Below the pieces are notes generated by a model. It had not been told where the DNA came from. It worked only from the letters and a program-made list of their open reading frames with translations, and made no database searches. Made by a program: the position numbers and the translations under genes. Source: a virus (Duplodnaviria; Caudoviricetes). Taken from it: DNA of 64,000 nt. The stretch lies in IMG/VR virus record IMGVR_UViG_3300037512_001142, positions 22,733 through 86,732 of that record; one strand, given 5' to 3'. Position 1 is the first letter of the stretch. Each line of letters starts with the position of its first letter. Shown one piece after another: positions 28,440 through 39,393 of this stretch.

Positions 28440-31400
28440 TTGAAAACTATAAATATGTATAGATTAAATAGGATAAATATGGATAATACAAGCATAACTT
28501 TCGAAGATCTATACTCAAACTACCTTTCAATGATTTCATCCGATAAACGTTTCAAGAATATCGGCTCTGCTACTCTGATAGGTATGTATCTTGAAATGTT
28601 AGCTGCAACTTCTGACATGGCCAGCTTCAATATTCAGAGAATGATTGAAGAAGGTTTCTTCAGAACTGCACGTCTTGATTCCAGCTTTATCAAGTTATGT
28701 AAAAACTGGGGCTATGCTCCTCGCCGTGCGGTTCCAGCACAGGGCGAACTTATCGTAGAATTACGAGGACCATTCCCGAAAGAATTAAAGAATCTCCCTG
28801 CTGGAGAAACATTTACTATTGGCCTTGCAAATGACCAGTGTAAACTTTCGTTTTTGGATATGCCTTTCCGTCTTACAGACTCGCTGAAATATACTTTTTC
28901 TGAAAGCGATATTAAGAATTGTACGAATAGCACATGGTCCAAGCGATTCAAGAGTGTCAAAATTGACAGCTTGACCAATGAATTCGAACCGCTTGAATTA
29001 ACAAGAGATCCTGTAAATAGTGCTACAAGATTTCCGATTAAATGCTACCAAGGCGAAATAAAAACTGTTGTCTTTAACGGTGAAGAATATATCACTGAGT
29101 TGAACAATACATATGAAAAAGGTTATCAGGAAAAACAAACAGACATTAACCTTGGCCAGCGTTTTGATATTAATGACCTGACTTTCAGTAACTGGTATGG
29201 TATTCGTGACCCGTTTGCTGTTAAATACAGAAGAAAGAATCTCGATAATTCATATTCTCCGAATAATGGTCTTACTCGTGTCTATACACGATTCAAGAAC
29301 AGCTCAGATATGAAAATTTTTGACATTGAAGACCGTTCTATTTTGTTGAACAAGAAGATTCTCGAAAACTTTGATGCTATTCCGACCGGAGATTCACGTC
29401 CGTGTATTTGTTGTATTGAGACAAATCCGGATAAGACTGTAAGCGTCAATTTCGGACCGTATTCTTATCTTTCCCAGTTGGCTATCGAAGGTCGATACAA
29501 CGATAAACTCGATATTACGGAATATCCTGATTTGTATATCGATTATCTTTCTACCAATGGTGCATTCGCAAATAAAAACGGTATTAAGGAAAGTAAGCTT
29601 ACAAATAGCACAAAGCTCTACTTGCACACTTCCATCGGTGTCTTCGATATTACGAACAATATCAATTTCTTGTTCGCTGGAGACCTTATCGGTGGTGAAA
29701 ACTTTGAAAGCAAGGAAGACATGTATGACAATGCAGAAGCCTATTGGACTTCTCAGTTAAAGCTTGTTTCCAAGCGCGACTTTATCAACTACTTCAATTC
29801 ATTGACTTCTCCGATTGATGTTCTCTGTGCGCTTGTTTATGGTTTAAGAGAACTCGATACATCGTTTGAAGTCAACCAGTTTAAGAAACGAAAAGACCAG
29901 GTGTATGTCAATACAAAGGACATAAACCTTAACTATCTTTTCTATACTCTTGCAAGCCACATGTATATAAACGTTGGTAAAAACGTTTATATGCCGCGAA
30001 ATATTTTTGTAAAAGACAGCCAAGCCGAATGGATAAATGACGGTTTCGTTCCTGAAATTGACAACATGGAAAATCCGGCAACTATGTATTGTGATGAATA
30101 CAATGCACATATTGCGGACTATATCAAGTCTCTCATTTCTCCAGAAGCATTCTACAATTACTATGCACTTTTGACGACTCCTGGCACTGCTGAAGATAGT
30201 CAATTCCTCAAGAATATCCGTGAAGTTACAGAAAACATTAACCGTCTTACCCCGACCAATACTGTTGTCATGTCGCTTCCACCATTCCTGCATTACTATG
30301 ACCTCGTTGGTACTATCGAAGTTGATGCGGGTACTACCGATCTTGAAGATTACAAGGAAAAGTTACAAACAAAGATTTATAAGTATCTCGATACTCTCAC
30401 TCTCGAGACTCGTGAAATTTATAAGTCGAACCTCATCAAGCTCTGCATGGATGAAGACCACGTTGTTAATGCAAATCTTGACTTGAAGGTTTCCGATATT
30501 ATTTCTCCTACATTCAGTCATAACTCCTGGAATGAAACCGACCAGCTCGCTGGTGTTCGTATCATTCTCAATATGGAAAAGTTGACTGACGCATACAAGG
30601 AATATAAGAATATCACCAACTATCCTAACGATTTGATTTTCAATGAAATCATTATTCCTAAGACAGACTCCAACCAGAAGTGGTTTGATACGAACAATCT
30701 CACTGAAGAAAGCACGCTCTATATTGACTTTCAGTATTACGCCTACATCAGTGGTTATAACAAAAACAATATCAAGAATACTGTAAGTCATGCCAGTAAG
30801 TTTACTTTCGAAAATGATCCGGATTCTAAATATATCAAGATTTTCCTTCATACGCCATACATCGGAAAACAGAATATTCTTCCTCCGATTATGACTACGC
30901 ACAAGATTTTCAATTCTACTACAAGTTATCTTGATAACTATGCTGCTGCTGAAGAAGAAATCGAAGCACAGTTAAGGGCTGAACTCATTAAGTATAATGA
31001 AAATCCAGATACTTGTAAGATGTATAACATTCTTGCAGCTGATGGTGAAGGCGGTTTCAAGACTGTTGCTTCTTATGGCAACAACTACTGGTCTGATTCC
31101 AAGTATGAAGTTACTGAATCTCGTGCAACTGAATATGGATTATCACTTGACAAATTGAAAGAAGTCAATGATACTATCGTTGAATGGATGAACGGATTAC
31201 AGGTTCGTAATACTGCTGACCGTTCCATTGATTTACCTTATACTATCAAGTCCTTTGACATTGTAACGCGTTCTGAAACTATCATGCGTCGCGGCGACTT
31301 GATTACCAACCTCAACGATACTCTTTCCGAAAAGGGTTTCTGGAATTATCTCATAACCACAATCCTTAACAAATACTATAATAACAGCATTACTGAAACA

Positions 31401-31586
31401 ACTGAGATTTACAGTGATCCTTGGAAGAAGGCTGAACTCTTGATTATTGACCTTTACAAGTTATTTAAACCAGGTATCACAGATTCTATCCTTGACGACA
31501 ATAACAATGTTGTCAATTACTCCATGGACCAAGATATTGCAATAATCAGATGTAGATTTGATGTCAAATACCAGAGCAGAACATAA
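28440..31586 (+). CDS. gp6: baseplate wedge protein, gp6-like paralog A
   Basis: ARLDSSFIKLCKNWGYAPRRAVPA, GGENFESKEDMYDNA and LVSKRDFINYF. The true start is probably the ATG at 28455 or 28479 rather than the TTG at 28440. Confidence 0.8.
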   Translation: MKTINMYRLNRINMDNTSITFEDLYSNYLSMISSDKRFKNIGSATLIGMYLEMLAATSDMASFNIQRMIEEGFFRTARLDSSFIKLCKNWGYAPRRAVPAQGELIVELRGPFPKELKNLPAGETFTIGLANDQCKLSFLDMPFRLTDSLKYTFSESDIKNCTNSTWSKRFKSVKIDSLTNEFEPLELTRDPVNSATRFPIKCYQGEIKTVVFNGEEYITELNNTYEKGYQEKQTDINLGQRFDINDLTFSNWYGIRDPFAVKYRRKNLDNSYSPNNGLTRVYTRFKNSSDMKIFDIEDRSILLNKKILENFDAIPTGDSRPCICCIETNPDKTVSVNFGPYSYLSQLAIEGRYNDKLDITEYPDLYIDYLSTNGAFANKNGIKESKLTNSTKLYLHTSIGVFDITNNINFLFAGDLIGGENFESKEDMYDNAEAYWTSQLKLVSKRDFINYFNSLTSPIDVLCALVYGLRELDTSFEVNQFKKRKDQVYVNTKDINLNYLFYTLASHMYINVGKNVYMPRNIFVKDSQAEWINDGFVPEIDNMENPATMYCDEYNAHIADYIKSLISPEAFYNYYALLTTPGTAEDSQFLKNIREVTENINRLTPTNTVVMSLPPFLHYYDLVGTIEVDAGTTDLEDYKEKLQTKIYKYLDTLTLETREIYKSNLIKLCMDEDHVVNANLDLKVSDIISPTFSHNSWNETDQLAGVRIILNMEKLTDAYKEYKNITNYPNDLIFNEIIIPKTDSNQKWFDTNNLTEESTLYIDFQYYAYISGYNKNNIKNTVSHASKFTFENDPDSKYIKIFLHTPYIGKQNILPPIMTTHKIFNSTTSYLDNYAAAEEEIEAQLRAELIKYNENPDTCKMYNILAADGEGGFKTVASYGNNYWSDSKYEVTESRATEYGLSLDKLKEVNDTIVEWMNGLQVRNTADRSIDLPYTIKSFDIVTRSETIMRRGDLITNLNDTLSEKGFWNYLITTILNKYYNNSITETTEIYSDPWKKAELLIIDLYKLFKPGITDSILDDNNNVVNYSMDQDIAIIRCRFDVKYQSRT

Positions 31587-31599
31587 GTATAAATAATGT

Positions 31600-34476
31600 A
31601 TGGATTATACAGAATTAACAACTGAACAACTTATAGACCGTTTTCGTGCATTCATGAAAAACAAGGACTTCTTCGAAAAGATTAAGTCCAGTTGTTTTTA
31701 TCCGAATTTTATCAAGATAATGAGTGATACTTGTGATCAGCTCAATTTCTATACCCAAAGAGCCGCTGAAGAACGTCTTATAGATACGTCCAAGATTAAA
31801 TCCAATGTCATTAAGCATTGTGAAAATCTCGGATATGGTCCACGTCGTCCGATTCCGGCACAGGCAGAACTTATTATTCAGTTAAAAGGTCCTTTCCCGG
31901 CAGAAATCAATAAACCGGGAACTGAAATTTTCTTTAATCAGAATACCATAGATTTGTCATTCTCGGATATGTCATTTATTCTTGACAGTAGCTATTCCTA
32001 TGTTCTTACGAATGAAGATATTACATACTGTCATGAACCTGATTGGCAGAAAAATCTTATCAATGCTGTTCCGCATACAAACAGTGTTTATATGCCATTG
32101 CAGGGAATGAACTTTGTTAATTCTGAAAATGTAACTGCTATTAAATGTTTCCAGGGCGAGCGTGTAACCTATAAGGTTGAAGGTCAATCAGTTCTCAATA
32201 AAATTGGAAAACCGCGTCAGTTCTTCAATATTCCAGATAAGACATTCTCTAACTGGTATGGCGAACGTGACCCGTATGCTTATAACGGTGACCGCAATTA
32301 TGTTCAGAAGAACAGCTGGTGCCAGGTTGGTATCGGCGAAACCGAAGAAGATGCGCTCAGTGACGAAAATATTTTTGACATTGAAACACATTCCATAAAG
32401 TTGAATAAGAAATACAGAAAGATTAGTCCTGAAACTTCTGATATTATCAAACAGAAACTTTATGAAATCGTATCTCATCAGAAAAATCTCGACGTGAATT
32501 ATTTCGAGCAGCAGATGAAAGAAATCGTTGCTCTTCAGTTGAGAATCTGTAAGATTACAACAAATCCAGATGAAACCGTTAAGGTCTCGTTTGGTCATGA
32601 CCATAACGTTGTTAACGGTCTTATGAAGGCAGACGACAATTTCTATATTCGCTATATTTCCACTAATGGAAAGGCTGCAAACAGAAAGCACGTTGTAAAT
32701 GCCAATATGACCGTAAAAACTCCGATTTATGCAAGTGTCAACGGTAACGTTATTGATATTAGTGCGAACGTATCGTTTATCTTGAATTCCGATATTTATG
32801 GCGGTGACGATTTCGAATCCATTGCAAGTATGAAGGTCAATGGTCCTGCATATTATACAAGACGTAATAAGTTGATTATGCTTCCTGACTTTGAAAACTA
32901 CTTCGGTACGCTTACTGCCCCGATGTATGTTCATCATGCCTATGCTTCAGGTCAGCAGGAATTTGAAAAATCGCAGATAACTGCAAAAGAATATCCGTTA
33001 TTACAGAATGTAATATCTTATTCTTTGATTGGTCGTCTTTATATCAAGAATGATGGTGATTACTATCCTCGTGATATTTTGAATGATGACGATATTTCAG
33101 AACCATATACTTTGTATGGTGCCGAATATCTTAACCACATTACAGACTACGTGAAATTCCTAATTTCTCCGGTCGGTTATTATCATCATCAGTATGCAAA
33201 GAATCCTACCGAACAGTGGATTAGAAACGTTCAGCTTATCCGTGAAAACTGTAAGGATAATTTGCCAGTCAACTCTACTATTCTGAGTTTGCCGCCGTTC
33301 TTGCATTACTATGACCTTGTTGGTACTGTCCGAGTAAATTCGACCGCAAACCTTCAAGAATACAATACGAGAATGAAAAACAAGGTTTACAAATTCCTTG
33401 ACGATTCTCTACGTGCTACAAAGAAGGTTTATAAGGCTGATATTATCAAGCTCTATACAGATGATCCTGATACGTTAAGTATTGACGCAGATATTAAGGT
33501 ATCTGATGTTATCAAGTCTCCTGAGTTGGAATACGAATGGAGCAATCAAATGAATAATACCACATACGTTGCTTATCTCGATAAAACTCTACAGACCTAC
33601 ACAGACGCAATCGCGGAATACAATGCTACTCATCCAAGTTCTAAGTTGGTTAATGGTGCCGATATTACATGGATGACAAATCCGTTCAATGTCATTCAGT
33701 TGCCTAAAACTGACCTTTATGGTAAACAGTTGTTTGACAAAACCGTTAACGGTATCAATGTCAAGATGACTTATTCGTTCTACGGTAAAAATACAAAAAA
33801 CACCTATCATAATACGGTTATGACTCATTGTAATGCTACGGAATTTACAGATGAAAATAATAACACGTTCATAAGACTTGAATTGCCGATGGTTTATCAG
33901 TCGACTTCGAGATTTATCACAACAAATCCGGCCGGTTATGAATTAGTCTATACCAAGCTTGTTATTCCGAGCTACAATGATTTGGCTTCGACTTCGCAGT
34001 TGGATTCTCTGAAGATTAACACGTATAAGCTCAAAAACAATACAGACCTTAAGAACATCAAGTCATTAGTAAAACAGTGGCTTGAACATGGTCGTTTGAG
34101 CCGTAGTGCTGAACGTGCAATACGCCTGCCATACCGAGTGACAATATTCAATGATGATACTGACGCACGTGAAGAAGAAATCATGCGTAAAGGTAATATA
34201 ATCGGTGAACACGATTATACAATTTCAGAAGCTTCATTCTGGAACTATATCGCCTGTGAAAAAATCATTAAGCAATATTATCCAGATATTGACGAATACA
34301 CACATCCCACAAACGAATACTGGGTTGGTGCATCTCAGCTTCTCTATGACCTCTATGTTTTGGTCAAGGCAAGTATTGATGACTCCGTTCTCGACGATAA
34401 CAACAACATCACCAATTTCTCGTTGGAACAAGAAGGTGCTGTCGTTATCAATAAACTCAATGTAATTCAATACTAA
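31600..34476 (+). CDS. gp6: baseplate wedge protein, gp6-like paralog B
   Basis: SKIKSNVIKHCENLGYGPRRPIPA, GGDDFESIASMKVNGP and LIMLPDFENYF; colinear with paralog A along its whole length. Confidence 0.8.
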   Translation: MDYTELTTEQLIDRFRAFMKNKDFFEKIKSSCFYPNFIKIMSDTCDQLNFYTQRAAEERLIDTSKIKSNVIKHCENLGYGPRRPIPAQAELIIQLKGPFPAEINKPGTEIFFNQNTIDLSFSDMSFILDSSYSYVLTNEDITYCHEPDWQKNLINAVPHTNSVYMPLQGMNFVNSENVTAIKCFQGERVTYKVEGQSVLNKIGKPRQFFNIPDKTFSNWYGERDPYAYNGDRNYVQKNSWCQVGIGETEEDALSDENIFDIETHSIKLNKKYRKISPETSDIIKQKLYEIVSHQKNLDVNYFEQQMKEIVALQLRICKITTNPDETVKVSFGHDHNVVNGLMKADDNFYIRYISTNGKAANRKHVVNANMTVKTPIYASVNGNVIDISANVSFILNSDIYGGDDFESIASMKVNGPAYYTRRNKLIMLPDFENYFGTLTAPMYVHHAYASGQQEFEKSQITAKEYPLLQNVISYSLIGRLYIKNDGDYYPRDILNDDDISEPYTLYGAEYLNHITDYVKFLISPVGYYHHQYAKNPTEQWIRNVQLIRENCKDNLPVNSTILSLPPFLHYYDLVGTVRVNSTANLQEYNTRMKNKVYKFLDDSLRATKKVYKADIIKLYTDDPDTLSIDADIKVSDVIKSPELEYEWSNQMNNTTYVAYLDKTLQTYTDAIAEYNATHPSSKLVNGADITWMTNPFNVIQLPKTDLYGKQLFDKTVNGINVKMTYSFYGKNTKNTYHNTVMTHCNATEFTDENNNTFIRLELPMVYQSTSRFITTNPAGYELVYTKLVIPSYNDLASTSQLDSLKINTYKLKNNTDLKNIKSLVKQWLEHGRLSRSAERAIRLPYRVTIFNDDTDAREEEIMRKGNIIGEHDYTISEASFWNYIACEKIIKQYYPDIDEYTHPTNEYWVGASQLLYDLYVLVKASIDDSVLDDNNNITNFSLEQEGAVVINKLNVIQY

Positions 34477-34496
34477 TCGTTTCGATTTTTATTAAT

Positions 34497-34530
34497 TAAA
34501 AAACCTACTCTTTTGAGTAGGTTTTTATTT
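34497..34530. terminator. bidirectional terminator
   Basis: AAAAACCTACTC-TTTT-GAGTAGGTTTTT. Confidence 0.85.
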
Positions 34531-34546
34531 TTGAGATACATAAGGA

Positions 34547-37500
34547 TTAGATTATGTAATATCCATCCGGATCCATCTGGCTGAGCGACGGAATTTCGTT
34601 TGCACGATACAACGTAATTTCGCCAGGTCTTGTTGTGTTACCACCAGAAACATAGTTGCCACTCGGAGCAGAAGTTTCGCCAGCAGTACCAGAACCCGGA
34701 GCAGTGCCTTCATAAACAGGAATACTCGGAACCCAATCACTGAAGAATACGTTATCGTTGAACTCTTCGAGCGGAATAGAACCACGGTATCTGATACTCA
34801 AGGCTTCTTCACGTTCGTGAGCTTCATAAGCAGAATAGGTATATGTAATCTTCTTACAAACGTAGTTAGTGTCCATAGAAGCAGGTGTCCAAACAGTCAT
34901 CTGGTGAGAAGCACCGGCAGAAGCATAAGGACCAACGTAATAATACTTAAGCTTACAGTTCTGAGCCGGAATATAACGAGGAGCCTGACCAGCATAACGA
35001 TACCAAGGCATAACCTTGTTAACGAATGCCCATCTATGTCTAATGGTATTACCAACTTCAGTGTCATACTTCAAGTTTCTAATCAAGATATTGATTTCAG
35101 AAGGAATTTGCTTACCGAAGAGAAGTTCATTACTTGCACTCAAAGCATTCTGGGTAAGAGAACCACTTACAGCAGTTGCAGCACTGAATTCCAATCCCTT
35201 ATTACCGGTATAGTTATATAAGTCAACACATTCGAAGAGATGGTTAGCAAATGTAATCTTATCCAAGTTATTGAAGTTGTTCGGCATACCAACGGTATTA
35301 GCAACATAGAATCGACCGTTACTGTCAAGATCAACGGCAATAGTCCACTTACCACCGTCAGCATTAACAGCATTCGGAATAAGTTCACCAGTAACGTCAC
35401 CGTTACGGTCACGGAAGATAATACCAGTCGGGTCGATAGTAACAGACTTACCGAAATCATTAGAAACAATGTTAGAACCGGCGTCATGACCATCGTCACA
35501 GTTACGGAATATCATCTTACCCTGGTGGGCATAGAATTCAAGAGCATTGTAACAGGTTTCACCAGACTTGTTAGCACCATCGCCACGAACACGGTCAATA
35601 GTCTGGTGCATAGTTTCGATTGTTTCAAGTTCTGGTTCTGTATATTCCCTATCACCCTGAATGAATGTAGTACCATTGAAGTGACCGCAACCGTAGATAA
35701 TATCTGCCGGAACGTCCTTATTGTACTTACCCATCAAAACCTGGTGTTCGTAAGTAGAAGCCTTACAATATTCACCACCAAGAATAACCGTATTCTTACC
35801 ACCGATAAACTTATTGTGGTGACCACCAACAATATTAGAATTAGTCGGCTTAATAGAAGTCTTGAACAAGGTGAAGTTCTGGCTTTCAAACGGTGCATTC
35901 TGCACGTATGCGGTAGAACGCTTTGTCTTCAACGATGTGGTGTATTCACCCATGTTAAGTTCAGAACCAAAGCTGTTCATGAACATGAGTTTCAAACGAA
36001 CCATATCAACCGGACGAGAAGTAGATTTTAACGTTTCTGCGCCGTTCTTATAGGATGCACCCTTAAGGCCCTTAATACTGAAGTCAGAACCATAGAATTC
36101 ACCATAGTAAATAGAATCAAGTTCGCTCGTACTTCCCATAGCATTAGAAGTACCGACAAGACCAACAGCGTTATCAGCATAATTGGAAGTACCGACAATA
36201 CGAGTATATTCGGAATGCCAAAGATAAACGTCACGAGCATTGAAAATCTTAGACTTGCTGGAGTTAATAACTGTAGAACCCTTAACACGGACCGGACCAC
36301 GGCTCGTTGCATTATCATCAGATTGCAACTTATAAGAGTCAACGATGAAGTTATTAGAACAAGAGAACAAATCAAAATATTCACCGCGGAAAATGATATT
36401 ATTATTGGACTGTACGTCAGACTTAATCGGACGTTCTGCAGCGTCTATGCTACCAAGAGGCAAGCCCTTGACACCAAGGAATCGAGAACGCATGATAGAG
36501 TTCTGGTCAGATTCAGAAATATTACAAGTATAGTTATCATATACGCCGTTGAAATACGACTTATAAAGTGTACCCCAACGAGAACCAAGAATCATATCAT
36601 CGTAAGAACCACGCAATGTGACATTCTTAGCATTGAACATCATAGCTTCCTTGGTATCTTCAAGAAGTACGTTAGAAGTACAACCAAGGAGCAAGGAGTT
36701 GAAAGCCTGTCCAGAGAACGAGTTATCCTTAGACTTAATCAAAACGTTCTCATAGGAGTTTCCGCTAAATCCATTACAATGCGATGCAATAACTACGAAA
36801 TTGTTAGAATTTTCAGTAGCACTGTTAGCATTAGAATTGATGAATGTATTATTGTGGCTATTTACAATGTTAACATCAGAGAACAATAACTTATTATTAT
36901 TGGCATTACTGATTTTGTTGCTCTGTGCGCCATACAATCTGTTAGCATTACCACCACTCAGGATGTTATCATTAGAATCGAACAGAATGCTATTCGAAGT
37001 ACCCTGAGAAAGGTCGTTTCTATTAGAATTATAGAATGCGTTATCATTATTCGAAGCACCCTGTCTAATAGTGTTATCATCAGAATTAAACAATACGTTC
37101 GGCGCATTGTAGTTCGGGTCTGTAATTCTGTTAAATTCAGAGAAGATCAAATGGTCTTTTGCATAACCGTTAATCTTGTTATCAAGACCGAACATATCAA
37201 CTGCAATCTTGTCATTTTCAGGAACATGACCAAACTTGAAAATAGGCGCATCCGCAGAAGTAATGGATTCTGTGAACAACTTATACGGGTCACGACCTTC
37301 GCACTTAACAGTCATACCGACTGAGTATGCCGTAACGTCTTCATTAAGAGCAGAAGTTGTATGAACTGAAGTCATCAAAATCTGCGGAACATATTCCTTA
37401 CCTTCATCCGGGAATTTATTGATAGGATGAATAAGAGCTGCAGCATTGAACTGATTTTCTGCGTCATCTGCGTCAATACAGTCTGCGACAGTCAAAGTCT

Positions 37501-38431
37501 TAGTCATGCAGATTGCACCAGAAGGGCCAAGCTGAAGTTCATCGAGAACTTCCTTATTCTGACCGATTGTAAGACCACCAGAAAGGGTCTTAAGACCGTT
37601 ATTGACAAGAGCAAGCTTACTGGCAATATCAGAAACCGGTTCATAGGCACGCTGCGGACGACCTTCATTATCATCAATCAGAATTTCTGTAATATCTTCA
37701 TTCGGGCAATCGGTTACAGTGAATCGTAACTGACACTGGAATGTAACAAATTCATTCTGTTTAGCAAGCAATTCAATACCAGGACCGATATTATCGCCTT
37801 CATTTGCGGTTTCCTGAATAATTTCAGCAATACCGACAATACTTGCATCCTGACGCTGGTTAACGTTAAATGTTGCTTCCTTATTTTCAGCATACTGCTT
37901 ACCGATAAGAAGAACGTGACGAATACTAATATCATTAGTGATGTCACAGTTAAGATAAGTACGGTCAAAGTTGAATGCATAAGTTCCATAACGATGACCA
38001 TGAGGATCAGTCATAAGTTCCGTAGAAGGAACATAGAAAGCGCCATACAAGTGTTCCTTGTAATTAGCTGCTGCTTCCTTATATGCTGTCATCGAAGCTG
38101 GCTTAATCTGATAATCACCTGCGGCACCTTCAGGATCTGCGGAAAGTTCATAGTTAACACCACGCATGAACAATGTGACGTTTTCGCTTTCCAAAAGATA
38201 TTCCATTGGAGACATATCTTTTGCTTTTGCCATACTTTCGATGTCTTCCCAGTCAGCCTGTAAACCGTTTGGACAAATAGCATTCTGTGCTTGTTTATTT
38301 GCTACAAGACTAGCCAAACCACCAACAAGTACGTAGCCTAAAATGGCAAACTTGATACCTCCAGTCTGGCTTACAAGTAGCGTTCTACCTTCTTTTGTAA
38401 AAATAAATTTACTTTTAATTGAATCGGCCAT
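34547..38431 (-). CDS. putative tail fibre / receptor-binding protein with an Asn-rich beta-helix
   Basis: The N-terminal FTKEGRTLLV resembles tail-collar-fibre anchors. The central region has ~8-aa N-rich periodicity (SNSILFDSNDNILSGGNANRLYG), and VLMGKYN...IYGCG...NALE resembles trimeric adhesin heads. Confidence 0.6.
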   Translation of the reverse strand: MADSIKSKFIFTKEGRTLLVSQTGGIKFAILGYVLVGGLASLVANKQAQNAICPNGLQADWEDIESMAKAKDMSPMEYLLESENVTLFMRGVNYELSADPEGAAGDYQIKPASMTAYKEAAANYKEHLYGAFYVPSTELMTDPHGHRYGTYAFNFDRTYLNCDITNDISIRHVLLIGKQYAENKEATFNVNQRQDASIVGIAEIIQETANEGDNIGPGIELLAKQNEFVTFQCQLRFTVTDCPNEDITEILIDDNEGRPQRAYEPVSDIASKLALVNNGLKTLSGGLTIGQNKEVLDELQLGPSGAICMTKTLTVADCIDADDAENQFNAAALIHPINKFPDEGKEYVPQILMTSVHTTSALNEDVTAYSVGMTVKCEGRDPYKLFTESITSADAPIFKFGHVPENDKIAVDMFGLDNKINGYAKDHLIFSEFNRITDPNYNAPNVLFNSDDNTIRQGASNNDNAFYNSNRNDLSQGTSNSILFDSNDNILSGGNANRLYGAQSNKISNANNNKLLFSDVNIVNSHNNTFINSNANSATENSNNFVVIASHCNGFSGNSYENVLIKSKDNSFSGQAFNSLLLGCTSNVLLEDTKEAMMFNAKNVTLRGSYDDMILGSRWGTLYKSYFNGVYDNYTCNISESDQNSIMRSRFLGVKGLPLGSIDAAERPIKSDVQSNNNIIFRGEYFDLFSCSNNFIVDSYKLQSDDNATSRGPVRVKGSTVINSSKSKIFNARDVYLWHSEYTRIVGTSNYADNAVGLVGTSNAMGSTSELDSIYYGEFYGSDFSIKGLKGASYKNGAETLKSTSRPVDMVRLKLMFMNSFGSELNMGEYTTSLKTKRSTAYVQNAPFESQNFTLFKTSIKPTNSNIVGGHHNKFIGGKNTVILGGEYCKASTYEHQVLMGKYNKDVPADIIYGCGHFNGTTFIQGDREYTEPELETIETMHQTIDRVRGDGANKSGETCYNALEFYAHQGKMIFRNCDDGHDAGSNIVSNDFGKSVTIDPTGIIFRDRNGDVTGELIPNAVNADGGKWTIAVDLDSNGRFYVANTVGMPNNFNNLDKITFANHLFECVDLYNYTGNKGLEFSAATAVSGSLTQNALSASNELLFGKQIPSEINILIRNLKYDTEVGNTIRHRWAFVNKVMPWYRYAGQAPRYIPAQNCKLKYYYVGPYASAGASHQMTVWTPASMDTNYVCKKITYTYSAYEAHEREEALSIRYRGSIPLEEFNDNVFFSDWVPSIPVYEGTAPGSGTAGETSAPSGNYVSGGNTTRPGEITLYRANEIPSLSQMDPDGYYII

Positions 38432-38459
38432 GTATAAACCCTTATAATATCTCTTAATC

Positions 38460-38471
38460 TATTTATAAATA
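38460..38471. promoter_or_regulatory. back-to-back late promoters TATTTATAAATA
   Basis: Palindrome between divergent genes 38431(-) and 38476(+). Confidence 0.85.
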
Positions 38472-38475
38472 ATTC

Positions 38476-39369
38476 ATGCTGAGATATGTTTGTAAAATTT
38501 GTGGAAAAAGCTTTGAACATCATACCAAATATGGCCTCCATATCAAGAGAGACCATGGTTTTAACAACGTAAGGGAATATTACGACAAGTTTTTCAAGAA
38601 GGAAAACGAGGGAAAATGTGCTATTTGTGGCAAACCGACCAAGTTTGACGGTGTAACCAAGGGCTATAAAGAGACATGTTCAGTCAGTTGTGCCCGAAAA
38701 TTGATAAATCAGAACCAAAAAGATGAAGAGTTTCATCTAACTTGTGCCATTTGTGGGGAACAAGTAACAGGTTCTGACGAAGCTGTAGCATCAAACAGGC
38801 TCAGAAGACACCTAAAAGAGCATCATGACTTAAATACTATCAAGGAATATTACGATAAATACCTCAAAAAGGAAAACGAAGGTATCTGTCCAATATGCGG
38901 AAAGCCAACAGAATTCAAAAGTATCAATGTTGGATATTTTACATATTGTAGTAGCGAATGTGCGGCTGAAGGAAATAAGCGAAACGAAGACAGCGAATAT
39001 TCAAAACGTCAGGAAAAGAAAAAAGAAGCTGGCATATTCCAGAGAATCATTGACGGTATTAAGGAAAAATATCAAAAGTTCATATCTGGCGGCGACAAAA
39101 TGGCTAACTTCAGTGACGTTCGCCAGGATAAAATGGATGTCAAGAATATCAAGAAAGAACAAACCTTTGATAATCCCGACAATCCTGAAAAACCTATAAC
39201 GGTAAAGACTGAAATTTCTTGTGTTTCTAACCCTGAATGGGTAGGAACTCAGACAGAATTCGCACCAAAAATCGAAAGTTGTACAGTAAGACCTCAAACT
39301 CGCCGAAAATATAACAGTTATTACGATATTGATGACGATCAGGGCTTCTCCTGTAATGAATGGTGCTAA
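38476..39369 (+). CDS. tandem zinc-finger protein
   Basis: Two modules, each a C2H2-like finger (CKICG...HIKRDH; CAICG...HLKEHH) followed by a C4-like unit (CAICGKPTKF...CSVSC; CPICGKPTEF...CSSEC). Confidence 0.8.
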   Translation: MLRYVCKICGKSFEHHTKYGLHIKRDHGFNNVREYYDKFFKKENEGKCAICGKPTKFDGVTKGYKETCSVSCARKLINQNQKDEEFHLTCAICGEQVTGSDEAVASNRLRRHLKEHHDLNTIKEYYDKYLKKENEGICPICGKPTEFKSINVGYFTYCSSECAAEGNKRNEDSEYSKRQEKKKEAGIFQRIIDGIKEKYQKFISGGDKMANFSDVRQDKMDVKNIKKEQTFDNPDNPEKPITVKTEISCVSNPEWVGTQTEFAPKIESCTVRPQTRRKYNSYYDIDDDQGFSCNEWC

Positions 39370-39393
39370 TATTCAAGTTATAAATATAGTAGT

